64,000 nt of DNA from a bacterium (GTDB lineage: Bacteria > UBA8248 > JACPRG01 > G963555815), in assembly GCA_965261595.1 (NCBI GenBank), contig CBDHDG010000006.1, positions 1,344,001-1,408,000 of the forward strand. Direction: 5' to 3'. Positions 20,783 through 31,223 of the stretch are shown piece by piece. Positions within the stretch are counted from its first letter, which is position 1. Each line of letters begins with the position of its first letter. A program made the translations under genes and the position numbers. The notes below the pieces were generated by a model, which ran no database searches, was not told the origin of the DNA, and worked only from the letters and a program-made list of their open reading frames with translations.

Positions 20783-22581
20783 TCCACCTGCACCTCTTCC
20801 TTTTCCCAGATCAGCTCATCCTCGCTCCCCATGCTCTTGGGACGGCCGGCCTGGGCCGCGGGATCCGAAAAAGAACGATGCCGTTCGGTCGGGAGCCGCA
20901 CCCGGGTGACCGGGACGTCGATTTCGGACCTTTCCATCCCGTCGGCCGTCTTTAGGATACAAAAATTCTTCAGGAACCGGTCGTTGTCGATCTCCGGACA
21001 ATCCTCCCGATAATGTGTTCCACGGCTTTCGGCCCGGGCGAGTGCGGACCGGGCGGTGATCTCGTGCGAAAGGAGCATGTATTCCGCCTCCAGGGCGGTG
21101 CGAAGCTTCCGGGCTCCGGGGGCGAACAGTTTCGGCATCCGGTTCTTCCGGACGTCTTCCAGCGCCTCCAGGCAGCGCGTCAATCCTTCCTCCGAGCGGA
21201 TGACGCCGACCCCCTCCCAGCCGATCCGCTTCAAGTCCCGGGCCAGTTCGTCCGGATCCCCTTCCGGTGTCGGCTTCCGCTCCAAAAGCTCCGCGATGCG
21301 GCTGAGGGATCCCTGCAACCGCTCCTCGGGGTAGGACCGCGTGGAGATGCCGGCCGCGCGCTGCGCCGCCTCACGGCCCGCCCGGGCCCCGAATACGAGG
21401 CAGTCGGTGAGCGCGTTTCCTCCGAGCCGTCTGGCCCCGTGAATCAGGCCCGCCGCCTCTCCGGCGGCATACAGACCGGGGACCGTGCTCTCACAGACAT
21501 CATTGATGTGGATGCCCCCGAGATTCGTGATGGCGCCGGGAATCACCCGCATCATTTTCTCCTGGATCGGAAAATCCCTGAGAATGGCGTCCCGGTTATG
21601 TCTGCCCGGAATGTCCTTGTCCCAATACTCCGGGGGAACGTGGCGGCAATCCAGAAACACGGCACCATCCTCGTCGCGGCCTTCGTGGATCTCTGTGGCG
21701 ATGGCCAGGGAGATGGTCTCGCGGACATCAGGCGGAAGCGCCCCATAGCGGACGGGGAAGGGATCATCCATCGTTCCGACGACCTTCAGGTATTTCGGCA
21801 GGAAGGCCTCGCCCTCGGAGTTGACCAGCTTCCCATAAAACCTGGCGAAGCAGGGGAGGACGTACCACATCGGGAGACCGGGTTCGTCCAGGATGTACGG
21901 GTCGAACATGACGAACTCCATCCCGATCAGCTCCGCTCCCGCTTCATAGGCCATGGCGTAGCCGTCGCCGACAATGGCCAGGGAGACGTTGTTGCGGGCA
22001 AAGGAGGCCCCCGCGCCCCCGGTGGTCAGGATGACCGCCCCCGCCCGGATCTCGATAAACTTCTCGTTGAAAAAGCTGAAGAACAGCCCTCCGACGACCT
22101 CGCCCTCCTCCACCAAAAGCTCGATGAGGATGGTATTGACGCGGGTCTTCACCCCCTGGGACTTGATGTTGGAAGCGAAGGCCTTCGTCACGTCGTAGCC
22201 TCCGTGCTCCGAAGTGCCCTGGGTGCAGAGAGACATGAAGTTCTTGATCCCGACGTCCTCCAGCTCCAGGACACGGGCCGGGGCCTCGATGGTCAGGGCC
22301 TCGACCAGGGGCTGCTCGCTCATGTAGTCGCCGTAGTAGATGGTGTCCTGAAAATGTCCTTCGGGCGTCAGGTATTGTTTCTCGATCAGGGTGTCCATCC
22401 CCGGGAGACAGGTCTTGAAGCCTCCCCCCGCGAAGGCGCTGTTGCCGGTGAGGCCGATCAGCCCCTTGTCTACCAGAAGAACATTCGCCCCGAACCGGTG
22501 GGCCTCGGCCGCGGCGCGCAGCCCCGCAAGACCCGCTCCCACGACCAGCACGTCCACCGAATGACTGAAGTGCGGGATCAT
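20779..22581 (-). CDS. FAD-dependent oxidoreductase, SdhA/FrdA/AprA family (paralog of 14651-16423)
   Basis: VVGAGLAGL, LTTGG, GDG, GLYAAGE, RAESRGTHYREDCP. Confidence 0.9.
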   Translation of the reverse strand: MIPHFSHSVDVLVVGAGLAGLRAAAEAHRFGANVLLVDKGLIGLTGNSAFAGGGFKTCLPGMDTLIEKQYLTPEGHFQDTIYYGDYMSEQPLVEALTIEAPARVLELEDVGIKNFMSLCTQGTSEHGGYDVTKAFASNIKSQGVKTRVNTILIELLVEEGEVVGGLFFSFFNEKFIEIRAGAVILTTGGAGASFARNNVSLAIVGDGYAMAYEAGAELIGMEFVMFDPYILDEPGLPMWYVLPCFARFYGKLVNSEGEAFLPKYLKVVGTMDDPFPVRYGALPPDVRETISLAIATEIHEGRDEDGAVFLDCRHVPPEYWDKDIPGRHNRDAILRDFPIQEKMMRVIPGAITNLGGIHINDVCESTVPGLYAAGEAAGLIHGARRLGGNALTDCLVFGARAGREAAQRAAGISTRSYPEERLQGSLSRIAELLERKPTPEGDPDELARDLKRIGWEGVGVIRSEEGLTRCLEALEDVRKNRMPKLFAPGARKLRTALEAEYMLLSHEITARSALARAESRGTHYREDCPEIDNDRFLKNFCILKTADGMERSEIDVPVTRVRLPTERHRSFSDPAAQAGRPKSMGSEDELIWEKEEVQVE

Positions 22582-23297
22582 GAGACCGTCTCCGCCAAAC
22601 CCGCTTCCGGCGCGGCGCCCTGACTCTTTTCTCCCCAGAAGGCGCCCAGGAGCCGCTGGCGAGTCAACTGGAGATGGCGCTCCATGACCCCCCGGGCCTG
22701 TTCCGCGTCCCGGCGGCGCAAGGCTTCGATCAATTCGACGTGGTCTCCGCCGGTTTCCTCGAGCTGGGGTAGGGAATAGCTGATGAAGATCACCCTCAGG
22801 AGGTCTTCGAGGACTTTCGTGATGGCCCGGGCCATGGACCGGTTGCCGGAGGCGGCCGCCAATTTCCGATGAAACAGGATGTTGGCTCCTGCATACGCCT
22901 CCAGCTCGTTCTGTCCACCCAGGCGGTTCCCGGCCGGCGGCTGCGGAAGGATGAGCCCCTCCAATTCATCGAGCTCGGCCGCCGATATCCGACTTGCGGC
23001 CAACTCGATGGAGACGCATTCCAGAATCTCGCGGAGCTCGAGATTTTCCACCACTTCCTGAGGATCAACGGGCGCCACGAGATATCCTTTGCGCGGAAGC
23101 AGCCTGATGAAGCGGTCCTTCACCAATTCCGAGAGGGCCTCGCGGACAGGGGTCTTGCTTACGCCGAAGGTACGGGCCAGATCCTTTTCCTGGAGAAATT
23201 CTCCGGGAGGGAGGACTCCGGTGATGAGATCGTTTTTCAGGCTTGCGTAGATCCGGTCCTTGATGGATGCCTTGTTTTCCGAGATTTCCGGCAGCAT
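22578..23297 (-). CDS. GntR-family (FCD) transcriptional regulator
   Basis: LARTFGVSKTPVREAL winged HTH; FH...SGN, DH..LI FCD motifs. Confidence 0.95.
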   Translation of the reverse strand: MLPEISENKASIKDRIYASLKNDLITGVLPPGEFLQEKDLARTFGVSKTPVREALSELVKDRFIRLLPRKGYLVAPVDPQEVVENLELREILECVSIELAASRISAAELDELEGLILPQPPAGNRLGGQNELEAYAGANILFHRKLAAASGNRSMARAITKVLEDLLRVIFISYSLPQLEETGGDHVELIEALRRRDAEQARGVMERHLQLTRQRLLGAFWGEKSQGAAPEAGLAETVS

Positions 23298-23350
23298 TCA
23301 GACACCCCTGGATTGATGTCGAGGACCAGATACTCTACTGATATTTCTTG

Positions 23351-23379
23351 ACGATATCAAAAGTATTTCTTTTTGTCAA
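23351..23379 (-). promoter_or_regulatory. Putative sigma70 promoter of the GntR operon
   Basis: TTGACA-17 bp-TATCGT on the minus strand, upstream of the GntR start. Confidence 0.55.
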
Positions 23380-23731
23380 CCATCATTTTCCAATTTTTAG
23401 AGGTCGCCGAATCATCCTTCAGAATGAGGGGGTGGAAGGCCCTTTGGCTCTTTCGATTCAGCCGATCTCCTCGATTTACCCAGGATTCTGAAAATGCGCG
23501 TACGAGCGGACCGAGCCTGTCGCGAGTCCTTTCGGAAGTCTCGGACTCGCAAAATGGTAGTGCCTTGCTCGAGGTTTCATCCTCCCGGAAACCATGCCGG
23601 GGTGCATGAAACGTCAGCGTTGATCCGGCCAGGAGCTTTGTGTTAGCCTTCTCTCAAAGACAAAATCCCGAAATTTGTCTTTGGGGCCGCATCATTCCGG
23701 AAAGCGGCGCCGGGTGAAATTCCCCCGGGGC

Positions 23732-23800
23732 GCGATCGAGCAGGTCGTCCTGGCGGAAGAATTGGGGTTCGAATCGGTCTTCATCAGCGAATGCCATCTG
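23732..23800 (+). pseudogene. Remnant of luciferase-like monooxygenase N-terminus
   Basis: AIEQVVLAEELGFESVFISECH resembles the LLM AEELGFDSxWxxEHH motif. Confidence 0.45.
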
Positions 23801-23811
23801 AGGAAGGAGAT

Positions 23812-25176
23812 ATGGCTGACACAACCTTGATCAAGGGCCGCTTTGTTCTGACGGTGGACCCCGAGGACCGAGTGATTGAGCGTGGAGGCGTGGTGATTCA
23901 GGGGGATCGGATCGCGGCGGTTGGAAGCGCGGAAGAGCTGAAGAAGGAATACCCCGGCTGCGAGGTTGTGGACGGCGCCCGTCACGCCGTGATTCCCGGG
24001 CTCGTCAACCTCCACATGCACTCCGGGCTCCTCCGAGGAACCGCGGAGGACCTGCCGGTTTTCGAGTGGCTCTACAAGTACATCGATCCCATGCACAAGG
24101 CGCTGAACGAGGAGGAAGCGGCGGCGGCGTCCATGCTCTCCTATGCCGAGAACCTGAAGGCCGGCGCCACGTGTGTCCTGGACATGTACCGGTATATGCA
24201 CCGGGCGGCGGCGGCGGCCGAGCGCCTCGGCCTCCGGGCGAACCTCGCCCCGTACGTGGCCGATCGGCCCGGTTACGAGTATTTCGAGAGCCCGGAAGAC
24301 AACCGGCGCCTGATCGAGAGCCACCATGGCTGCGCGGACGGCCGGGTCCGGGTCTGGGTCGGCCTGGAGCATTTGACCTATTCCACGGACGCCGCCTTCA
24401 AGAAGGCGGTGGAATGGGCCGACAAATATGGCGTGGGAATCCACATTCACGCGGATGAATCATTGAGCATGGCCCAGACCGTTGAGCGCAATGAGGGCAA
24501 ACGGGAAGTGGAAATCCTTCACGACAAGGGCCTGTTGGGGGAGCGCACCATCCTTGCGCACTGTGTCTGGCTGAGCCAGCCGGAGATGGCTCTGGTGGCC
24601 GAGTCGGGCACCCGCGTGGCCCACTGTCCCGTCTCGAACCTCAAGCTCGCCTCCGGTGTCGCTCCGGTTCCGGAGATGCATCGTCAGGGCATCATCGTGG
24701 GAATCGGCAGCGACGGGGTGAAGGAGAACAACAGCCTCGAGCTCTGGGATGAGATGAAGGTGGCGTCGATCGTGCAGAAGGGATACCGGATGGACCCCAC
24801 CCTGGCGACGGCCCCGACTGTCTTCCGAATGGCCACCATCGACGGAGCGCGGGCCCTTGGGCTGGGGGAGGAGATCGGCTCCCTGGAGCCGGGCAAGAAG
24901 GCGGACCTCGTCCTGGTGAACCTCCATACGCTGCACATGGCGCCGGTGCTGGGCGGCGAGTTCTACAACGTGACGCATAACCTGGTGTACGCCACCCAGG
25001 GCAGCGACGTGGAACACGTCATGGTCGATGGGAAATGGGTCGTCCGCGATGGCGGACTTGTCAACGGGGACGAGGGCGAGATCATTGATCGGGCGACGGC
25101 CGCCGCCGTGTCTCTGCTGGAGCGGCGGAAGCAGTTCGTCCCGCATGACATCAAGAGCCCTTTGGAGATTTTCTGA
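23812..25176 (+). CDS. Amidohydrolase, MtaD/Atz/Trz deaminase family
   Basis: PGLVNLHMH, HIHADE, LAHCVW, HCPVSNLKLASG, GSDG, GKKADLV. Confidence 0.9.
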   Translation: MADTTLIKGRFVLTVDPEDRVIERGGVVIQGDRIAAVGSAEELKKEYPGCEVVDGARHAVIPGLVNLHMHSGLLRGTAEDLPVFEWLYKYIDPMHKALNEEEAAAASMLSYAENLKAGATCVLDMYRYMHRAAAAAERLGLRANLAPYVADRPGYEYFESPEDNRRLIESHHGCADGRVRVWVGLEHLTYSTDAAFKKAVEWADKYGVGIHIHADESLSMAQTVERNEGKREVEILHDKGLLGERTILAHCVWLSQPEMALVAESGTRVAHCPVSNLKLASGVAPVPEMHRQGIIVGIGSDGVKENNSLELWDEMKVASIVQKGYRMDPTLATAPTVFRMATIDGARALGLGEEIGSLEPGKKADLVLVNLHTLHMAPVLGGEFYNVTHNLVYATQGSDVEHVMVDGKWVVRDGGLVNGDEGEIIDRATAAAVSLLERRKQFVPHDIKSPLEIF

Positions 25177-25220
25177 GGCTTGGCGGCGAGGAGCGACACC
25201 TCGCGTGCGCGCCCTCGGCC

Positions 25221-25445
25221 TTACGACTCTTCCCGCCGGAAGGGGAGGGTGAAGGCCGCGGGAAATTCGGCTCTGCGGGAAACACCGACCATCGCGGCGA
25301 TCCTCACCACATACGGCAGGACCTGGAACAGCTGATAGGGAACCGGAGTGTTCATCCCCTGAAGACGGAGCTGGAGCGCGTCGGTTGCGCCGAACAGCAA
25401 GGCGATCGCGAAGGCCGCCCAGGGTTTCCACTTGCTAAACAGGAC
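25221..25445 (-). pseudogene. C-terminal fragment of nucleoside/sugar-type ABC permease truncated by IS3
   Basis: KWKPWAAFAIALLFGATDALQ...LPYVV...PAAFTLPF. Confidence 0.7.
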
Positions 25446-26857
25446 TGGAGTTACCCCGTTTCAGTGGACAGTTTAGGGCTGTCGTCCCCAGCCCTGAGGT
25501 GGGCGACAGCCGGTGGACGTAAAGTCTTCTCCCGATCCGATAGATAGGGTGCCCCCGGGGGGTATGTCTTGACCTTTGGCTCGCTGCTCCGGGAAGCACC
25601 GGGGACGGCTCGAGCCGGACGATGAGCGTTGCGCACTGCACGTGGCGTTTCCTTCGCCGCGGACCGCTCGAAGTCGTTGGGGCTGAGGTAACCCAGGGCC
25701 GAATGACGACGGCGTGGGTTGTACCAGCCTTCGATGAATTGGAAGATCGCCAGGCGCGCTTCGGCCTGGGTACGGAACGAGCGCCGGTCGATGAGCTCGC
25801 ACTCCAGCGTGGCAAAGAAGCTCTCGGCCATGGCGTTGTCGAAGCAATCCCCGGCCGACCCGGTCGAGGGAACCACCCCCATCTCCCGGCACCGCTTGCC
25901 GAAGGCGAGCGAAGTGTACTGTGATCCCCTGTCGGAGTGATGCACGACCCCGTCGGGGCGGCGCTGTCCCAACGCCATGTTCAGCGCCCCGAGCACCAGT
26001 TCGGTGCGAAGATGGTGGGTCATGGGACCATCCCACCACCCGGCGGCTGAACACGTCGAGCACGATGGCCAGGTACACGAACCCCGTCCAGGTCGGCACG
26101 TAGGTCACGTCGGCCACCCAAAGCCGATCCGGCGCATCGGCCTGGAACTGGCGTTCGACCCGGTCCGGGACCACACAATGGCTCTGGTCCACGCGCGTAG
26201 TGCGCATGCCTCGGCGTCGGCTCACCCCGGCCAACCCTGCCTCGCGCATCAGCCGAGCCACCCGTTTGCGGCTCACCCGGCAGCCGCCGGCCATCAGCTC
26301 GGCATGGACCCGAGGCGCCCCGTAGGTGCCACCAGATACCTCGTGGATGGCCCGGATCGTGCCACGCAACGCCTCCTCGCGCTTCGCACGATTCGAACGC
26401 CCACGGCTTCGCCACGCGTAGTATCCGCTGGGGGAGACACCCAGCCGACGGCACATCGTGGCCACCCGATGGCAGGCCTGATTCGCCTTCACGAGCTCGA
26501 AGACTTCGCCCGGACCGAGCCGGTCTCCCGAGCGAACCAAGCCGTAGCTTTTGCCAGTATCTCGCGTTCTTCGCGAAGCTGACGATTGTCCCGACGAAGC
26601 CGCCGTAGCTCCTCGAGCTCTGAGCTTGTCAGACCGTCCTCACGACGGCCCTCGTCGCGGTCGGCCTGGCGCACCCAGTTGCGAATCGCCGAAGCGGAAC
26701 ACTCGAACTCCCGGGCCAGCTCCCCGGGCGTACGGCCCGAGCGAACCAGCTCAACCATCTGGCGCCGGTATTCCGGCGCGTAGGGTGAATGAGTTTTCGG
26801 CATCTGAACACCTCCTCCCCACAGTCTGAAGGTGTCCACAAAAACGGGTCAACTCCA
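25446..26857 (-). mobile_element. IS3-family element (copy 2 of 313-1723); orfA 26489-26803, orfB frameshifted near 26025
   Basis: Near-identical sequence to copy 1; ends TGGAGTTACCCCG and TGGAGTTGACCCG. Confidence 0.95.
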
Positions 26858-27458
26858 TGGCCGGAGTTGCGGGCTTGGCGGGCTCGATCACCGGATTCTG
26901 GTTTGGTTCAAGGCGTCTTTCGCAGGCGCCGGGACAGCCGGTTCCGCCAGCTGGGGGCGCGGATGCGGGTTGAATACACTCGGCCACAAGACCCTCGTCG
27001 GCGCCCAGATGCGCTACGCCGTCCACGACCGCAGCGGTTGGCCCGTCGCCATGCTCGGCTTCAGCACCGCCGCGTGGAAGCTCGCCCCTCGAGACCGCTT
27101 CATCGGTTGGACGCCGCAACTGCGCGAGAAGAACCTCCCCCTCGTGGTCGACAACCCGAGGTTCCTCATCCTGCCCTGGATCAAGATCCCCAACCTGGGC
27201 TCGCACATCCTCGCCATCGTCCGCCGGCGCCTGCCCGGGGACTGGACCGGGCGCTACGACACAACCCCCGTGCTCATCGAGACCTTCGTCCAGACACCGC
27301 GCTACACCGGCGCCGTCTACAGGGCATCGGGCTGGATCCATGTCGGAACCACCCAGGGACGCGGACGCTACGACAGGCACACGAAACGCGCCCAACCGAA
27401 AAAGGACATCTGGCTTCGCCCCCTCAGAAAAAATTGGAAACGAACCCTCAACAGCTAA
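26858..27458 (+). pseudogene. DUF4338 (DruA-like, transposase-associated) protein, 5'-truncated by IS3
   Basis: AWKLAPRDRFIGW, NPRFLILPW, LIETFV, GAVYRASGWIHVGTTQGRGR. Confidence 0.8.
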
Positions 27459-27910
27459 AGTCAGACCACCCATCACGGCCCGGCCGAACGATTACCAACA
27501 GGGGTAAGCATTCAGTCGTGGGGTGATAGAGCGGACTACAGCACCGGCTGGGTCTAGCTTGACAGCGGGTGCACGGACATGATGACCAAGTAGAGAATTT
27601 TGGCCGTGTACCGCAACCGCTTGATTCTCCTGCCGCCATCGAATTGCGAAAGCACTGGGTCGGGGCGACCACGTTCGGACAGGACAACGGACCGCTGCTG
27701 GCCCCGGCGCCATCATCACCCCACGAGCGAACGGTTATCGACAGGGACTCGCCGAGATGCGCAGGAGTTTTAACGAATCCGCTTTCATTTTGATTACGGA
27801 CTGCAGAAGGCAGGTTCCGAATGAGATTGGAAATTATGTATATTCTCAATAATATCAATAGTATAATAGGATCTCACGGCTGGAAAGAACGGCTTTACGG
27901 CTGAATCAAG

Positions 27911-28314
27911 ATGCAAAACGTCGTGAAGAAGGTCCGAAAGCGCAACCAGGAGGCGGTGGTCTCGGGCGCACAAAGGATCTACGAGGCCCACAGCCGCCGG
28001 GCGGCCATCGCCGCCTTTTGGCGATGTGCCAAGCAGTGGCGAGGGCGGGAGCCCAAGGCGGTGGCGTGCATCGAGAGCGACCTCGAGACGTTGTTGGCCC
28101 ACTTCCAAGAGCCCCCCGCCCTTCGGGTCACCCTGCGCACGATAAACCCCATTGAGCGGGTCTTTCGGGAGGTGAGACGAAGAACCAGACCCATGACCGT
28201 CATGAACAACAACGAGTCCCTGGAACGCGTCGCCTACAGCGTGTTCCACCGCATTAACACCTAGTGGGAGACAAACCCTCTCTGCACTTCTACACAAAAC
28301 TCGTGACATTACCC
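27911..28314 (+). mobile_element. IS256-family 3' remnant (transposase C-terminus with TAG, plus right end)
   Basis: LRTINPIERVFREVRRRTR motif; terminal CTACACAAAACTCGTGACATTACC. Confidence 0.8.
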
Positions 28315-28449
28315 GAATGCCCCGCCGCCGTCCCGGCCACCGGCCCGCGGATTCTCTTTCCCTTGTCTCGCAATCATTGTAAGATTGGGGTGCCGGTGAA
28401 AGATTGATGGAGGCCCGTAAGGGTGATTTCCTCATGAGGAGAGAGTCCA

Positions 28450-29485
28450 ATGCGAAAAGGGAAGTTTGCAGGCGCCATGGCGGGATTGAGCCTTTTCGCC
28501 TTTCTGATGGGGTCTTGGGCGAGCCCCCGGGGGGCGGCTGGCGCGGAGAAGGTCCGTTTTGTTTTCAACTGGATCCCATACGCCCTGCACACTGGGTTCT
28601 ATGCCGCCAAAGAGCAAGGTTACTATAAAGCGGCCGGTTTCGATGTAACCCTCGACAGGGGCTTCGGATCTTCAAAAACCGCAAGAATGATCGCCGCCGG
28701 CGTAGCCGATCTCGGGCTCGCTGATTTTCCGGCGGTCATCCGCGGCCGCGCGACCGCGGGCATGGAAATCAAGGCGGTCGGCATCCTTCTGGACAGAAGC
28801 GTCAACGTGATATACGCCCGGGATGACAGGGGGATCAGGAAACCTTCCGACCTGATCGGCAAGACCATCGGGGCCCCGAAAGTCTCGGCGCTGCGATCGA
28901 CCTTTCCCGCGCTCGCAAAGATAAACGGAATCGATCCCAACAGTGTGAAGTGGATCAACATACCTCCAGCCGGCCTCCATGCGGCCGTCCTCAGTGGAAA
29001 GGTCGATTCCATTGCGACCTTCTCCACAAATCGGACCAAAACTTCTGCCCAAAGCCAAGAAGAACAACGTGACGATCATCCCCGTTCTGTTCAGCGACTT
29101 CGGATTGGATCTCTATTCGGTCGCAATGATCGCCCACGATAAGTCCATTAAGGGAAATCCCAACCAGCTTCGAAGATTCGTGGAAGCCTCTTGGAGGGGG
29201 GTCGCCTACGCGGTTGAGAACCCTGGCCAGGGTGTCAAGGACTTGCTCAAGAACCAGAAAACCCTCAGCGAAGCCACCGAAAGAAGGGTGTGGCGGATTG
29301 TCGTCAACCACATGCTCACCCCGTACCAAAGAACGCACGGCCTGGGCCAGATGAGCGCCGCGAAAACAAAACTGACCCGGGATATCACGTTCCAAGCCCA
29401 TAACATCACCAAGGACATCCCAATAGAGGACCTTTACACGAACGCCTTCCTTCCCAAGCTCTTCCCCAGCCGAACCTCCTGGTAA
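28450..29485 (+). pseudogene. NMT1/THI5-like ABC substrate-binding protein, frameshift near 29040
   Basis: ORFs 28450-29142 and 28979-29485 join into one binding protein (FVFNW...GYYKAAG; IEDLYTNAFLP). Confidence 0.85.
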
Positions 29486-29732
29486 TCACGAAGGGAGGGC
29501 TTGGCGCTATTCGGCCTGGGATGAAGGAAAGGCCGGGCCCACAATCGGCGAATTCGTGAGATGCGGCCTCCGGACCCCGGAGGCCGCATCCTTTTTCCGC
29601 GCATCTTCGATGGGGAGGGGGAGGAGGGGGGGGACGCGGCCCCTGTCGCCTCCGGCGCCGGCCCTCTTCCATCGCCCTTGATTTTCCTCATGCGCCGAAT
29701 GGGAAAACGATGAACGCAAGGATGCGCATACC

Positions 29733-30491
29733 GTGAGCGGGGAAGAAAAAACCGGCCCCACGGCGCGGATCTACCGCGACGCCTGGGCCTTTGTCCGCGA
29801 GGCCGAGGCCCGCGCCGAGGAGGGGAAGGACCGGACCGCCCGCGCCTACGCCCGGGCGGCCGTCCTGCACGCCTCGTCGGCCGCCGAGGAGTTCCTCGAT
29901 GGGGTCATCCGGCACATCGAGGTCGACCCCGACATCGACGCCAAGACCGACGGAGCGCTCACCGGGCTCCGCGACGGCGTATCCCGAAACCGCCGCCTGG
30001 GCGATGAGTGGAACAAGCTGCTCGCCGTGGTGAAGGCCGTCGGGGACATCCCGGATTCGGAGAACCGCGAAGCGGCGGCCGGACCGCTCAAAGATGAGGT
30101 CCGCAAGAGATTGCTGGACCTGGCCATCACGCACTGCCGCGAGCACCTTCACGACGCGAGGCTCGCGAAGACGTTGGAAAGGCTCACGGACCTCCGATTG
30201 GAGATGGGAAAGCGGACCTTGAAAAACGTTTCACTTGCCAAGCGCTGGTTCGAGGGGGCGACCGGCCTGCCCGGAAGCGGGGCCGGCTCGCGGGAGGCGG
30301 CGGTCCGGGACTTTCAGCGAATTGTCGGGAAGGCCCGCGGGGAATCGGACGCAAGCGGGGCGCCCGACATCACCGTCGAGGAAGCCCGCCTGGCCTGCGG
30401 CGCCGTCCGGTCGATGATCGCGAGCGTCTGCGGCGCGGCGGGCCGGAAGGTCCCCCAATGGGTCCGGGAGATCCACGACCGGCTGCCCTGA
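29733..30491 (+). CDS. Hypothetical helical protein (possible degenerate HEPN-like fold)
   Basis: 252-aa ORF with GC-rich codon bias; YARAAVLHASSAAEEFL and ITVEEARLA helices. Confidence 0.55.
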   Translation: MSGEEKTGPTARIYRDAWAFVREAEARAEEGKDRTARAYARAAVLHASSAAEEFLDGVIRHIEVDPDIDAKTDGALTGLRDGVSRNRRLGDEWNKLLAVVKAVGDIPDSENREAAAGPLKDEVRKRLLDLAITHCREHLHDARLAKTLERLTDLRLEMGKRTLKNVSLAKRWFEGATGLPGSGAGSREAAVRDFQRIVGKARGESDASGAPDITVEEARLACGAVRSMIASVCGAAGRKVPQWVREIHDRLP

Positions 30492-30587
30492 GCGGCCCGT
30501 CGCGGCATATCTCCGGGACAGGAATGACAACGGCGATTCGAGGGGACTGCCATCCTCTCATCCGGACGCAAATGGCAACTTCGGGCT

Positions 30588-31223
30588 TCAGCGCTTGCGG
30601 CCGCGGCGCGGCTGGCCGGCCTCGCCCGTCCTGATCGGCAGGACAACGACGTTTTCCGACTCTTCGAGGTAGCGCACGAACAGGTACTTGTCTTCGATCC
30701 CGTCGGTCAGCTTGTTGGGGAGGCCCTCCTCCGTCCCCGGCTCGATCTTGGCCACGATGAAGTGGTGACGCCCGCTCGTCAGGACCTCGTCCACCGCCTC
30801 GCGCATCTCACCCTCGCTGAAAACGCTGCGCGCGTCCGGTATCCCCGCCCCGTGGGCCATCCCGGCCAGGTCCAACACCCCCGACGTATGGCTCGGCATC
30901 CCCCCGTTGCACTCGTACATCTCGTTGTCGAAGACGAATACGCTCAGGTTCTTCGGCTGACGGTTCGCCAGCGTCGCCAACACCCCCATGTTCATCAATG
31001 CGCTGCCATCCGTCTCCAGGCACAGGACCTGCCGGTGGGGAAGCGCCAGGGCCACGCCCAGGGCCACCGGAATGTGGCACCCCAGCGCCATCATGTAGAG
31101 GCTCGCCCCCCGAGGCGCCGGCCGCGCGTTGAACCATTCATTCTGAATCCCCCCAAGCGACACGACGCAAAGCTCGTCCTTCAAGCTCGCGGCCAGAACC
31201 TTCAGGGCCTGGTACCGGGTCAT
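30588..31223 (-). CDS. ComE-like ThDP-dependent decarboxylase beta subunit (second copy)
   Basis: ETDGSALMN...DNEMYECNG. Confidence 0.85.
   Translation of the reverse strand: MTRYQALKVLAASLKDELCVVSLGGIQNEWFNARPAPRGASLYMMALGCHIPVALGVALALPHRQVLCLETDGSALMNMGVLATLANRQPKNLSVFVFDNEMYECNGGMPSHTSGVLDLAGMAHGAGIPDARSVFSEGEMREAVDEVLTSGRHHFIVAKIEPGTEEGLPNKLTDGIEDKYLFVRYLEESENVVVLPIRTGEAGQPRRGRKR

Noticed and set aside
14651..22581. True succinate dehydrogenase or APS reductase (sdhA/aprA) assignment
   Set aside because: No SdhB/C/D or sat/qmo genes and the catalytic motifs differ, so no gene symbol was given
26832..27458. Druantia defence system
   Set aside because: Only a truncated DUF4338 gene with an IS-like end; no DruE helicase or other dru genes
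27744..27910. AT-rich stretch as an IS end or origin
   Set aside because: No partner repeat or iterons found in the window
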